In this document: positions 47,291-60,966 of the stretch, piece by piece
Numbering within the stretch: position 1 is the stretch's first letter
Layout: each line of letters begins with the position of its first letter
Assembly: GCF_963921235.1 (NCBI RefSeq)
Contig: NC_086097.1
Location: 112,904,001 to 112,968,000, forward strand
DNA length: 64,000 bases
Reading direction: 5' to 3'
DNA from: Mobula hypostoma
Lineage: Eukaryota
Position numbers and translations under genes: made by a program
Notes under the pieces: model-generated
The model's database searches: none
What the model was told of the DNA's origin: nothing
What the model saw: the letters and a program-made list of their open reading frames with translations, nothing else

Positions 47291-50200
47291 ATCTGTATCT
47301 GTGTTTTTTGCAAATATAGATGGCTGCCTGGTAAAATAGTTCTTTCCACTGGTAAGACCTTTCAGTCCTGTTCCACGTTTGCCTTTTGGCATAACGATAC
47401 CCACACTAATGAATTCACAAAAGCTGCTTCCAAAATTCTCCACTACTGGCTCCATTTACAGTTAGCCAAGCTGACTGCCAAAAAAAACAAATTCATGTTT
47501 AGCAGCTTGAAAATCTTTGCTGTTCTTTAGTTGCACCCTGGTTATTGCATAGGGCAGGATTTAAAATAAAATGATGAATTTCAAAAGAAAAAGATTCTAT
47601 AGTGTTTTAAGTATATTGTTATATTGATGCTTCAAAATTAGATGGTAAATATTTCAAATGCACGATTTCAACTTCCTCATTTGTAATCCCATTACGGACT
47701 TGTTTCCTTCTGTAGGATTCCTTCGTAATAGATTTCACTCATTAAGTTAGAGGAAACTCATGCAACAGGTGTTGCAGGAGCCATATTGGTGCAGCTACGA
47801 TTGTGCCATTCTTATATTGAATTTGACAACCCATCTCTCTGGGGGGGGGAAGGTTGCTTGCATGCAGCTGGACATGCTGCATGCTGCATTTAAATGTGTT
47901 GATTGGTGGGTTAGAATGGGCTTCCAACATAATGTCAATCACCCCAGTTTCAACACTTACTGCTCCTCCTACTCTAAAATCCATGCTGTCCTTCACAAAA
48001 AAATGTCATGCTTTGCTGACGAAGCTTACCATATCTTGTGTATTATTGGTTTAATATTCATTGAATTACTTGTTCTCAACTCAGTTCTCAATATTATTAT
48101 TTTTTTGTATTTGCACAGCTTGTCTTCTTTTGCACATTGGTTGTTTGTCCATCTGAATAATGCTTGTAGTTATAACATTCAACTATGAACAGCTTTCCAT
48201 CTAACTCTTTCATAATTTGGCCAAAGAAGATAAACAAAGCAGTTCTCAGAAGAATGATAAAGACTGATGGCTACAATTGAACACAAGAAACCTTTCCCAG
48301 TGGACAGAAGGCACACCCAATATTGAGCAACAGGCCCTCTTTCTCTGGACTAACCAAGTTGCAAATTCCCATTGAGGATCCCCAGGCACTCAGCAACAAA
48401 AGGGATGTAAATTTAGGTGACTGTGTTAGATACCTTCTCAAAAAAAAAGCTTAAGCAGAAAATAAAGCAGTTTGGAATAAGAATGGGCAAGCAATGGAGA
48501 GTGAGGGCAAATATTCTAATTCAGATGACTCCCCACATGTACCAACTACATCAGTACTCTGATTAGCACCACCCCACAGGGTGCTCAGTTGCCTGTCTTT
48601 CTGTCTGAACACACCCAGATTGGTAGACTCTATCCTTTAAAGATGGTCTTTGCTGAAACTGCACGCTGCAAAACCAGGAACCAGGTACAAATTCCTGCTC
48701 TGTGCTAGCACTCCCAAAAGCAACAACATCTCGTGTCTCAGCACAGAAAGAGGCTGCCTCTGACCGCCGGTATAAGTTGGGCTGGGGTGAGCTCAGTGAT
48801 GAGACCCAAGGCTCAGGGCTGCTTCCTGGTGTGGATAGTGAAGTGGAGTCACAAATGCAGACAGGCAACATCCACAAATGCACTGACAGACTGCCTGGAC
48901 CTACAGTTTCTGCCACTGTCTCCCAGCAGAAGTTCAGCTGCACAGCTCAGACTCCTATGTGGTAACCAGCAAAATGGCTGGTTTCCCTGTGCTCCCAGAT
49001 CCAGTTTATTGGGGAATTCAGCATACTGAGGATGGCTAATTCCCCTCTTTCCTGCAGTGAAATGTCAAGTGGACATCCAATATTTGAGAAACTCCAGCAC
49101 TTAGAGAAGTGTTCTTTTTTACTGCTTTTACGACCAGTGTTACCTTGAATCAGAATCAGAACCAGAATCAAGTTTAACAACACTGACATAGGTTGTTATA
49201 TTTTATGTTCTTGCAACAGTATTACAGTGCAATACATAAACACACTGTGTGTGTACATATATATATAAAATATGCAGTGTAAAGAGAGAGCAAACGTAGT
49301 GAGGCAGTGTTCATGGGTCGGCTCATTGTCCATTCAGAAATCTGATGGCAGAGGGATAGAAGCAGTTCCTAAAACATCGAGTGTGTATCTTCAGGCTCCT
49401 GTTACTCCTCTCTGAAAGTAGTTGGTAACTTCCAAGACTTTATATATGTGGCAGATTAAATAAATACGCAGTTACTGAAAACTGCCGTCAAGCAGAGTGC
49501 CCTCACTTACTCTGTCTATACCTTTAGGTTGAAGGAGGATATCAGCTGTACTTGAGAATTGGAGCTTAAGCACTGAGCACCAAACTGAGTTGAGGTAGAT
49601 ATCAGCACAATCACTGAGGAATAATTCCAAGGCTAGGAGGCAAAGAGTGACAAGAACCTTGACATCCATAGGCAAAGGGGTCCAGCTATACATGAGGTAG
49701 CATTTGGGCACTTGAGGTTACAAACCTCAATGAGAATAGATAATACAATTAGAATGTAGCTGCTTTAAACAGCACTATTTCAGGGAAAACAGCGTTAGGT
49801 TCAAAGTTCTAAGTAAATTTATTATTAAAGTATAAATATTATATACAGTACAAATTGAGATTCATTTTCTTGCAGGCATCCTTAGGAAAATAAAGAAATA
49901 TAATAGAACCCACAACAAAGACTGACAATCATCTAGTCTGCAAAAGAGGACAAATCGTACAAATAGAAAGAAGTAAACAAACAACAATGAGATTGTTAGC
50001 TGTGGAGTCCTCCAAAGTGAATCCACAGGCTGTGGACTCTGTTCAACACTCAGGCAAGTGAAGCCGTTCCAGGAGCTGATAGCTGCAAGGGAACAACTGC
50101 TCTTGAACCTGGCAGCATGGCATCCAAGGCTTTTGAAGAGAGGGAGATGGGTCAAATACAGGCAGACAAAATGGGCTCAGGTGGGGATCTTGTCTGACAT

Positions 50201-50697
50201 GGAGAAGTTGGGCTAAATACTGGTTCATTGTCCACTCTCAGGCCTCAGTGACTTAATCTGGTTTGAAGACTGCCCCAGTAGTCTCCTCTGGCATTTATGG
50301 CCAAACTTCTTCCACTTCAAGGTGCTGTAGAAACAGGCTATTCTCCTTCACTATCAGATTTCTGAACAGTCCATGAACACTACCTTATTATTTACCTTTT
50401 GCACTATTTACTTTTGTAACTTATACTAATTTTTACATCTTGAACCATAATCACAAAACAGCATAATTCACAATATACATCCAAGATAATAAAACTGATT
50501 CTAGATTTTATTTTTGTTTTGATTTATTTAGAGAAAAACTACACAAGAGCAAATAGATCCCTTTTATTTCCTTCACCTGCATACTTTCTTCTCTATCTTC
50601 AAAATTCTACTTAGTTCTTCTTCAAAGTACACATCCTCAAAATGTTCTCAAGCTGAACTTCATTTGACATGTTGACTCAGCCTATCTATATTCTGTA

Positions 50698-51448
50698 CAG
50701 CGGTCCCCAACCACCGGGCCGCAAAGCATGTGCTACCAGGCCGCAATGAAACAATATGAGTCAGCTGCACCTTTCCTCATTCCCTGTCACGCACTGCTGA
50801 ACTTGAACATACTTGAACTTGCCTACTGTCCCGAATTTGCCGGGACATCCCGTATATTGGGCAAAATTGGCCCTTGTCCCGCATTTCCCCCGCTAAGGTA
50901 GAGCGTTCCTATGAAACCTTTCGTGTTGAAATAGCGTAAAGCAAAGAAGCAATTACCATTAATTTATATGGGAAAATTTTTTGAACATTCCCAGACCCCA
51001 AAAATAACCTACCAAATCATACCAAATAACACATAAAACCTAAAATAACACTAACATATAGTAAAAGCAGGAATGATATGATAAATACACAGCCTATTTA
51101 AGGTAGAAATAATGTACTGTATGTACAGTATAGTCGGGAAGATGAAGGCAAAACCGATTTGTGGGAAAAGAAATCTGCACGTACGCGCATGCACACGTCA
51201 CGCATGGGCACACAGGTGCCTGCGCAAGGTTTCATGGTCATGGTAGTCTTTTCCCGGGGTACAGTGTCCCAGGATTTGACTGCTACTTTTGTCCCTTATT
51301 TGGGAGTGAGAAAGTTGGCAACCCTAACTGTAAAAGACATGTTGAGGTGAGTTTAACCCGACTTGGACACCCACCCCGGCCGGCCGGTCTGCAAGAATAT
51401 TGTCAATATTAAACTGGTCTGCGGTGCAGAAAAGGTTGGGGACTGCTG
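50698..51448. mobile_element. hAT-type MITE containing a second, partly deleted TIR element
   Basis: TIRs CAGCGGTCCCCAACC / GGTTGGGGACTGCTG (14/15 match); ctgtaca on both flanks; internal right TIR GTTGGCAACCCTA at 51314-51326. Confidence 0.75.
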
Positions 51449-51469
51449 CTGTACAAAATCTAAACATTC

Positions 51470-52660
51470 ACACCTCCCAATCACTTTTGTGTCATCAGGA
51501 ACTCGGATACTTGTACTGTTCCCTCCTCTAGGTCTTTAACATAGCTGGTAATTGGGGATGTTCCTCTGTCTCATCTTTCCAGTGTGAGACAGACTCATTT
51601 ATTACAACTCTGTCTTCTGTGCAATAAACTATCTTCAATCCATTTTAAAGCACTTCCCATAATACTATGAACTCTTATTTTGTTCACCAGCTTTTCAGGT
51701 AGTACTTTGTTGAATGGCTTCTGAAAATACAAATACAGGTTTCCCTCTATCTACTCTGCTCATTACAACCTCAGAAATCTCCAACATATGTGTCAAAGAT
51801 GATTTAGCTTTCATAAATTAATGTTGATTTGGTTTCATTATATTAATCATCTCTAATTGACCGGGTAGTTTTTCCTCGAATATAGACTCCAGATACTTGT
51901 CAAAAAACAGTATCCAATCATATCTTCAGTTTTCCAATCTGCTGATACTTTCTTAGGGCTAAGTAAAAAAAAATGTCTAACGTCCACATTCTCTCTGCAT
52001 CTGCTTCCTTTAAAGCCATTAGTTGTGAACCGATGATGATTGACTTTGGTCTCATTATTCTTTCTAATACCTTGTCCTTTGTGATATAAATTGTTAGAAG
52101 TTCGTCCATTGTGTTTGAACTGAGACTTTCAGATATTTTTCCAATGCTTGGTTGTCATCATGAAAGTGAGGCAAAGAATTGGTTGAACTTATTTTCCATT
52201 TCCTTCTGAACCATTATTAATTCCCTAGTCTCATTCACTTAAGAACTCACTCTAGCTACCTTCTTCCCTTTCATATATTCATAAAAGTTTTGCGCTTTAT
52301 TTTGATACTATTTGCCAATTTTCTCTCAAAATTCCATTTCCCCTTCTTATTAACTTGTACATCTCGCACTGCTGCTTCTTGTGCATTTCCAAGACTGTTT
52401 ATCACCACTAGCCTTTGCCACTTGTTTGCTCTAGTCTTCGATTTAATATTTTCCTTAACCTTCTTCAATAACCAACAATATGTAATCTTTCTCCTGGAAC
52501 ATCTCTTTCAAAATAGGATATCTTTCTACTGAGCATCATGAACTAGGTGTTTAAATATCTGTCATCCGACCTCTCCCGTAATCTATAAACCCAGCCCAGT
52601 CAAGCCAACTTTAACTTCATTTTATTGCCCTTACTTAGGTTGAGTATATTGGTTATAGAT
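51470..52660 (-). mobile_element. Ancient CR1 ORF2 fragment
   Basis: Minus-strand remnants of LYF(Q)KPFNKV, ERKLANSIK...F.Y and FADD-like segments. Confidence 0.5.
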
Positions 52661-52695
52661 CCTGGGTATTTGGATCCTAGATAGATCCTCATCTA

Positions 52696-53054
52696 TCTTG
52701 GTATCTCAAAAATTCCTGATCTCCTGGGATTTTCACCCTCAACAGTGTCTAGAGTTTATAGAGAATGATGCGATAAACGAAAGACACTCAGTGAGCGGCA
52801 GTTTTGTGGACAGAAATAGCTTGTTAAGGAGATGGGTCAGAGGGGAATGGCCAAACTGGTTTAAGCTGACAGGAAGGCAACAATAACTCAGAGAACCACA
52901 TATTACAACAGTGGTATGCAGAAGATCACTTCTGAATGCACAACGTATCAAATCATGACATAGATGGGCTACAGCAGCAGAAGACCATGAACATATACTC
53001 AGTGGCCACTTTATTAAGAACAGTAGGTACTTAATAAACTGGCCACTGGGTGTA
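52696..53054 (+). mobile_element. Tc1-like right-end fragment ending in a back-to-back TIR pair
   Basis: Transposase remnant DLLGFS..TVSRVYRE...ADRKAT.TQ.TT.YNSG.QK.; hairpin tatactcagtggccactttattaag...cttaataaactggccactgggtgta at 52994-53054. Confidence 0.7.
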
Positions 53055-53119
53055 TGTCTTTATTGTGTCCCTAGGTACAGTCTGGGGTTCTGTTTTTAAC
53101 CCCATTTCATCTTGACTTC

Positions 53120-53490
53120 AGATGGCAGGATCTCTTTCAAAGGAGCTGTAGGCACTCCTTCCCTCGGCTAGCCAGCAGGTCACCCTTGGGCAAGGTGTAG
53201 TGCCTGCTTAGCCGCTGATCAGAGTCACCTGAAGCCATGAGAACCGGTCGTATGGTTGTATGAGCAGCTGGTGCATATCACAAGTCCAGGTTATGCGACC
53301 GCTGATGCCAGGCAGACAATCTCTGAAGAGTATTGATAATGGCTGGGATCACCCGTCTTGTAAAGACGACAGTGTCTTCAGAAAAAGGCAATGGCAAACC
53401 ACTTCTGTAGAAAAATCTGCCGAGAACAATCATGGTCATGGAAAGACCATGATCGCCCAAATCATATAACATGGCACATAACAAACAAAT
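53120..53490 (+). mobile_element. RTE-related SINE, second copy
   Basis: Colinear with 19314-19630 plus 20915-20965; contains aaaggcaatggcaaaccacttctg. Confidence 0.7.
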
Positions 53491-54384
53491 GAAGCTTTGG
53501 ATCAGATTCATTTCTGTATCTCATGTACATCGAAACACACGGTGAAACATGTCATCTGCAGGAACCACCAACACAATCTAAGGATGAGCTGGAAGAAGCC
53601 TGGTAGTATTGCCACACATTCCAGCTTCAACATAGCATGCCCACAATGGTTAGCAGAACAACACAAGCAGCAACAACAACATCGACAACAAATCAGCAAC
53701 AATATAACTAGCCCCTTTCCTCCTTGCCACCCACTCACGCACTTACAGATAGGCCTCCAACTGCAGGACAGGCCACCTCCGGGCCTCCAACCTGTCCCTG
53801 GCCCGGACTCTCAGATATCAAGCCTTCGACTGCTGGACATGCTGACCAAGGGGCTTCAGCCCTGGCCTGGCATCAACTTCTGGGTTTGCCAAATTTAGGT
53901 CTCAAACTTCATCATTGACCCAGGACTTGCCAGTAACGGTACTTTGAACTCTTGGCTTCAAACTCCTGACTTGCATGGACCCCTGACCCTGGAACTCACT
54001 GATCTGGGAGGGGACACCAGCCCTCATCCACAGGGTGTGCCAGCCTCTGTCATTCACGATGAGGATTACTGGTCTTCGCTGTCAGCCCCTGCTGAATGGA
54101 CATCTGACATCCAAATTAGCACAGCAAACATGTTCACAGGTATAGTTGATCAATTAATAGTTAGGATATTTCTGTTCTCAGAATTAGCCCTGATGATATT
54201 AATTTTGGGTGTCTGGGATTTCTGTACCCAGAAGCTTATAGACCATCTGTGTGAATTACTTTGTCCTAGCAAAGGTGTTTGAACATGCAGGTGTCTCCCA
54301 TTGTAGACATATAACTCAAAAGGAAGCATTGTCAGACTAAAAGTATAGAATGTGGTTGCTCTAAGGACTGGAGAGCCACCGGAG

Positions 54385-54970
54385 CTGGGAGGCGAGGGAG
54401 GAGATTGCTGAGCCTCTGGCGATGATCTTTGTATCATCAATGGGGACGGGAGAAGTTCCAGAGGATTGGACGGTTGCCGATGTTGTTCCATTATTTAAGA
54501 AAGGGAGCAGAGATAGCCCAGGAGATTATAGGCCAGTGAGTCTTATTTCAGTAGTTGTAAGTTGATGGAGAAGATCCTGAGAGGCAGGATTTATGACCAT
54601 TAGGAGAGGTATAATATGATTAGGAATAGTCAGCATAGCTTTGTGAAAGGCAGGTTGTACCTTACGAGCATGACTGAATTTTTTGAGGATGTGACTAAAC
54701 ACATTGATGAAGGTAGAGCAGTAGATATAGTATATATGGATTTCAGCAAGGCATTTGACAAGGTACCCCATGCAAGGCTTATTGAGAAAGTAAGGAAGCA
54801 TGGGATCCAAGGGAACATTGCTATGTGGATCCAGAACTAGCTTGCTCACAGAAGGCAGAGAATGGTTGTAGATGGGTCATATTCTGCATGGAGGTCGGTC
54901 ACCAGTGGTGTGCCTCAGGGATCTGTTCTGGGACCCCTACTCTTTGTGATTTTTATAAATGACCTGGATG
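54385..54970 (+). mobile_element. CR1 RT fragment
   Basis: SQHSFVKGRLYLTSMTEFFE...[39 protein letters not shown]. Confidence 0.88.
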
Positions 54971-57905
54971 CAATCTTGCCTTATGCTGATCAGGCTCTTG
55001 GCTCAGGAATTCCCGTCCTAAATATTCCATCCCTCCTTCTCCTCACTTATGGTATTCTCTTTGGCCCTCCTATGTAGAACCTTGGTATGTCTTAGTATTT
55101 TTTTTGTAATTTATTTTTTATTGTAATGACAATTTATAAATCCAAAGCAATGTCTCTGTTCCAGATGACTGCAATTATACTTTATTGTGTGACATAAGAT
55201 CCATTGAGAGCAATATAATGATCTGCACATGTTGCAGAGTTCAAATCTCCATTGCCCACTTGATCATCGAGGGTACCCCAGCAATAACTGAAAGGAAGAA
55301 AGCTTCAGGAAAGGGAATATAACAGAGAATATTTGCATTCATTTCCCACAGCTCAACTGGTCAGTGGTAGTGTCCTCTATGAGATATATTACAAAATTCC
55401 ATGGAACTTTTATAATTGTAAAATTACGTTTAAAATATGTCCAGAGGAGAAGGATGTTAAAACATAAAACAGCACAGCACAGCACAGCACAAGACATACT
55501 CTTCAGTCCGTGATGTTATGTCAATCCTTTCACCTACTCCAAGATCAATTTACCTCTTACCTCCCATAGAGCCTTCTATTGTTTAATCCATGTGCCTATC
55601 TAATGCCAATAAAATATCTGCTCTACCACTACCACTCTGACAGCTTGTTCCATGCACGTACAACTTTGTGTTTAGGTAACCTACTTTTGGCATCCCCCTA
55701 CACTTTCCTCCAAATAGTTCAAAGTTATAACCCTTTGTAACAGCCATTTCCTCCCTGGATAAAAGGTGCTGGCTGTACACTCTATCTATTGATGTAAGCA
55801 TAATTATCAATGGTATTAGGCTGGTTAAATACTAATGTGTGACATTTTAGCTTTTTATCAGAACAGCAGCACAATAAGTTGTTCAGTGCAAAATTTAGCA
55901 TTCTCGTCTCGAAAAGGACCTCTTCTGACATTTTCATAACCTATTGATATAGAAAAAATGAATCCTTTTTCAATGATTTGTTAAAACAACATAACAAGCA
56001 GTGAAGTGAAAAAAAACATAGCATGCTTCTATTAACCCACACTAGTGAGACTAGTGCCACATCAATCACTAGGTGGAGTTGCTTAAGTACAACAGATTTC
56101 ACTGGAACTTATATATCAAAATATCTTCATTTACAAAAATAAAAGCCCTTCGTAATCTGAGACTAAAATCACTTACCAGTTGCAAGTACATACTGAAAAC
56201 TGAAGTGTGGCATATAGCTGTTGGTTTTTTGGTCTACAAGAATAGATCTGTCTTCGCTCCTTCGTATGTTCTGCCATTTTTAGATTATTTCCCAACTATT
56301 TCACTCAAGTTCAGGAATTAGAGCACAGCATATTGTATTCTTTTGTACTTAGAAGTGCCCAATTTCACAGCTCTTATCCTACTTGTGTAGCCTACATGCA
56401 GATGAAGTTATCCAACATGATGGATAAGATCAGCACCTAGTTGTAACTGAGCACTGTTAATCATAGCCGACATTAAAAAATCAACTCATCAGCACTTTGC
56501 TCACATATTCATCACATCAGCTGACTTTAACAGATCAGGTATCCAAAATATCATGAAACTGACCTGAAACCAGCAATATTCCAAATGTCATGATCTGTTA
56601 TACAATTTTCATGTCAATAAAGTCAGCAAAGACTGAGAAAGTTAAGATGTCCTCATCTGAAAGTACTGAGATAAAAAAAAGTTAAAAGTTGTTCGAAAGG
56701 ATGAAAAGAATGCTTCTTAAGATATAATTTTACTTCCCCAGTTATTGATTATCTTTGGGATATCCTAAATAATATATTCCTAAATAATACCATGTTGTTA
56801 AGTTTCAGTTTGATTCACTTACTTGAAATTAGTGTGCATTAATAGAATTAAGTAAGTTACTTCACTTAAGTAATGATTTTACAGGATGATCCTTAAAAAA
56901 TGAGCCAGACTCTGACTCACCACAGGTAAATGAACTAATCGCCTACTGCCAACAGCTCACCTCATTATCGGTCCTAGTATGCTATGACCTATCAGTACAT
57001 AATATTCACTTGCTCCTTGAGCTAAACAATTCCTTTAGGAAGATGATAACTCCACAGCTTTGCTCTGAATCCCAGGAAAGGATTGGGAAAAATAATCAAA
57101 AGCATTTGATGTTTTAACTTCTAATATTATTTCCCAGAGTATCCTGAGTCAGTTTAAAAAAAGTTGAGAGGTGGCCAGTGTAATCTCCAGTGAAGGGATT
57201 TTGTGAAGCTTACAATTTTGGTTGAATTACGAAACAAACACCATATGTGAAACTAGAGGATGATTCAACCTCAAGTCTTAGAAGAAACTGGAACACCTGA
57301 GCAGTATTAGAGGATATCTACTCAGAAATACCTGTAGTACTCTTCCAAAAGGGTTCCAGGCTCATATTGCTGCAGCCAAATATTTATTTTCCCGAATCAC
57401 ACTCAAGTTAAAAATAGAAATGTAAGTGTTACATTCTTTATGTTTTTAGGTCAATTGCTTCAACTTTTGATAAATGTTCCCTGGCTGATCTGGTATTTCA
57501 GAGACCTTATCCTATTTATTCTGGAAGGGTTGCAGAAAGACAAATTTACCAGGAATGTAAGAATCTACTTACATGTGTGAATATAGAATGTACAGTACTA
57601 ATTTAGTCAATAATGACTTCCTCTTTTATACTCACTAATATTAACGAGGATTCCATTTGCTTGTTTAACAGACAGCTCCTGAGAGAAAAAAAGAGAAGCT
57701 CTAAAAGGATTTCAAACTTCTCAGTTAAAGATCAGGACCTCTCTGCTAATGTGAAGCTTGGCTCTTTGCTAAGGAGAGGGACATATTTGAGACTACCAAC
57801 CTGCAGCCTACCTCTGACCTATGCTGATGTCTAACCACTTTATGAACCAGTAGTGGAGCTTCGCAAAGTTCAAAGTAAATTTATTATCAGAATATGTACT
57901 GTATA

Positions 57906-58326
57906 CAATGCCTTGTAAAACTATTCAGCCTCCAACCCTTTGTTCACTTAAATGAAGTGAACCAGGAATTTTGATCAATTTAACTGAGAATTTTTATTTG
58001 TGCATCACATGCTCCTTTTTTCACAGTACAGCCCCAAAGAGCAGGAAAATTGTAACGCATGAAACACTAAAAATTCAAAACCTAAGTAAGGTAATATACA
58101 GTGCTGCACCTGAGGAAAGTTGGTGAGGTAATGACAGCCTCACAATTTTGTTTTTTAATGCTTAGTAAATTGATGACTGGTTTTGAAATGTTTCCTTTGA
58201 TTTGACACGATGTGCAATATATTGTAGATTAGCCAAAAATCCTATTTCAATATATTTTAAGTTTAGAAAACGAGACAGTAAAATGTGAAAGTAGTTGTGG
58301 GGACTGAATACTTTCCCAAGGCCCTG
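57906..58326. mobile_element. Tc1-like MITE nested in a LINE 3' UTR
   Basis: TA-flanked imperfect TIRs caatgccttgtaaaactattcag / ctgaatactttcccaaggccctg. The flanks rejoin into the common ttcaaagtaaatttattatc...tatgtcaacatata tail. Confidence 0.7.
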
Positions 58327-60966
58327 TATGTCAACATATACTACCTTGAGATATATTTTTTTACAGGTATTCACAGGAAAACAAGGAAATCAATGAAGAA
58401 CTACACACAAAGACAAACTACCTGTGTTCAAAAGAAAACAAACTGTGCAAATAAAACAAAAACAGAAAAAAATACTGAAAACATGATTTGTCGAGTTCTT
58501 GAAAGTGAGTCTGCGGTTTCTGGAATCAATTCCGAGTTGAGGTGAGTGAAGTTGTCCAAATTGGTTCTGGAGCCTTATGGCTGTAGGGTAATAACTGTTC
58601 CTAAACCTGGTGGATAGAGATCTCAAGATTTACCAGCAGGCAAGAAGGCAGTGTTATATTTAGTTACACTTTAAGATTACTGAAATGCCTGTAATGGTAG
58701 CTCCTGGTTTATGAGAAACCAGAAAATAAATAGATGATGCAACGTGTCATCCTGTAATCCAGTGCTGATAAACAATGCTGTATATAACACACTGAGAACA
58801 ACAGCTGCCAGAGTTACATGTCCACATTTCTCATACCATCTCTGCTCTGCTCAGCACACCAGATTTAAAAGTATTGTGTTTGTCTTTTGCAGATTATTTA
58901 AAGAATAAATGTCTTGCAGTTAAATAATTAACTTCAGCTTACACAGTTCAAACTATTACTAAAAATTGCTTCTCTCGATTAATGTCTTGTGCTTCACTCC
59001 CAGTAGCTGCAGAGTTAGTTCAAGTTTGCTGTAGATACTCAAGCTGCATCAAACTGGTGCTTATTTCACTAGTATGAACTACCAAAGGGGAACGAGCAGA
59101 TAGGTGCCAGTGACTGGGGTCACTTTTCACAAATGTGAAAGACACATCATTCCTAGGTATCGTGAATGTGAGGCTGTGGAATAAAATAAGCAAAGGAATT
59201 CCAAGGGCTCACCCTCACAAGTTACAAATTCAATTATCTGTTTGCAGTTACCCAGGAACAAAGTTCAAAGTAAATTTGTTACCATAGTACATATATACTA
59301 CCCTAAGATTCTTTTTCTCACAGGTATTCACAACAGAACAAAGAAGTACAATAGAATGAATGAAAACCTACACACAAAGACCGACAAAGAACCAGTGTGC
59401 AAAAGAAGACAGGCTGCAAAAGCAAAATAGTGAAGAATAAATATATAGATAGATAACTACAGAGAACTTCAGTTGTGTTCTTGAAAGTAAATCCATAAAT
59501 TGTGAAATCAGTTCAGTGTTGAGATGAGTGAAGCTTTCCACACTGTTTCAAAAGACTGATGGTTGATTGGTAATGACTGTTCCTGAACCTCGTGCTGTTG
59601 CTCCTAAGGCCCCTACACCTTCTTTCTGAAAGACCAGCAAGAAGCATGCATATATCTCCATATATTACCTTGAGATTCATTTTCTTACAGGTATTTATAG
59701 GAAAATAATGAAATACAACAGAATTTCTGAAAAGCTATAAATAGTGAAGACTGACAGCCATTGTGCAAAAGACAAATCGTGCAAGTGGATAACAAAGTAA
59801 ATAAATAGTACTGAGTTTAGAGTCCTTGAAAGTGATTCTTTCAGTCATGGAGTCTATTCAGTACTGGTATAAGTCAAGTTCTCTATATTGGTTCAGGAGC
59901 CTGATGATTGTAGAGTAATAGCTGTTCCTGAACTTGATGGTGTCAGAAGTAAGTGTTCCTTCTGGAACAGTGCAATCCATTGAGATTGTTTTATGCACTA
60001 CAAATGTCAAGCATCAAAATTCATCTGTGAAATATTGACCCTCTTAGTGGCAAATCTCAACCACTGGTAAGGTATGGGCATGGATGGAAAAGTATACATA
60101 CTTTAAAGAGAGCTATCAGGTTAACCTATCAGGTTAAGATTTTACTTCTGAAAAATCTGATTGCAATAGCCAATATTTCGGACAACCTGCTCAAGTTGCA
60201 TTGCCCTCACTGCTTATTATCACCTGCACATATTTCACTTACTTTTCTATTTTGAATTCTTAGAGAGTTAGCAGCAGATAATGTTAATACACCTAAATGT
60301 TTTCTATTCCCAGCACAAACTTGACACTCAACCAAAATCTAGGACCTATAGCTTCGTAAAACTGTTAATATCTGACACTGAAAGAGAATACACACTGACA
60401 TCATAGGATCTAGTTCAGAATTAGTTTACTCCACTCCCTTTGCAACATTCATCGGAGTCTTTAATTATTAATTAATGCTATTATTTTACGGCTAGTGTGA
60501 CTTTTAACTCTATCACTTCTAAAGTAACCCTATCCTCTTCTGGCTGTACAGTTAATGATTCGCCCTGCAAAAGTAACTCCAGAGTCTCTCCATCTGGCTT
60601 CTTGTCTGCTTAGTCCCCAGACCTGACATCAGTGTCACAGTCAATAAAGCTACTTTCACTGTATTTTTTTTACTTATTAATTTGTTTGGGAAGTGTGCAT
60701 ATATTTTCTTGAACCAGTGTAGTTTTCCCGGTGAAGGTACTTTTGCAGGGCTGTTGGGTGAGGGATTTCCATGGTTTAGACTTTGCAAAACAGCATGTAT
60801 TTCACTGTAATTGAAAGTTAGGATGGTGTGCAACTTAGAAGGGAAGCTGCAAATGGTCCCATGCAAAGAAAAGCCTTTGGCCAACTTTGTGAAAGATGGT
60901 GTGTGTTTGCCAAGTTTCACTGACATAACTTAGGCTATAATTTCCAAATGCATTGTAGATGGTAGG

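Noticed and set aside
56177..56192. Possible 16-nt minus-strand exon ttttcag|TATGTACTTGCAACTG|gtaagt
   Set aside because: It is not frame-preserving, has a poor polypyrimidine tract and encodes no recognisable RIM peptide.
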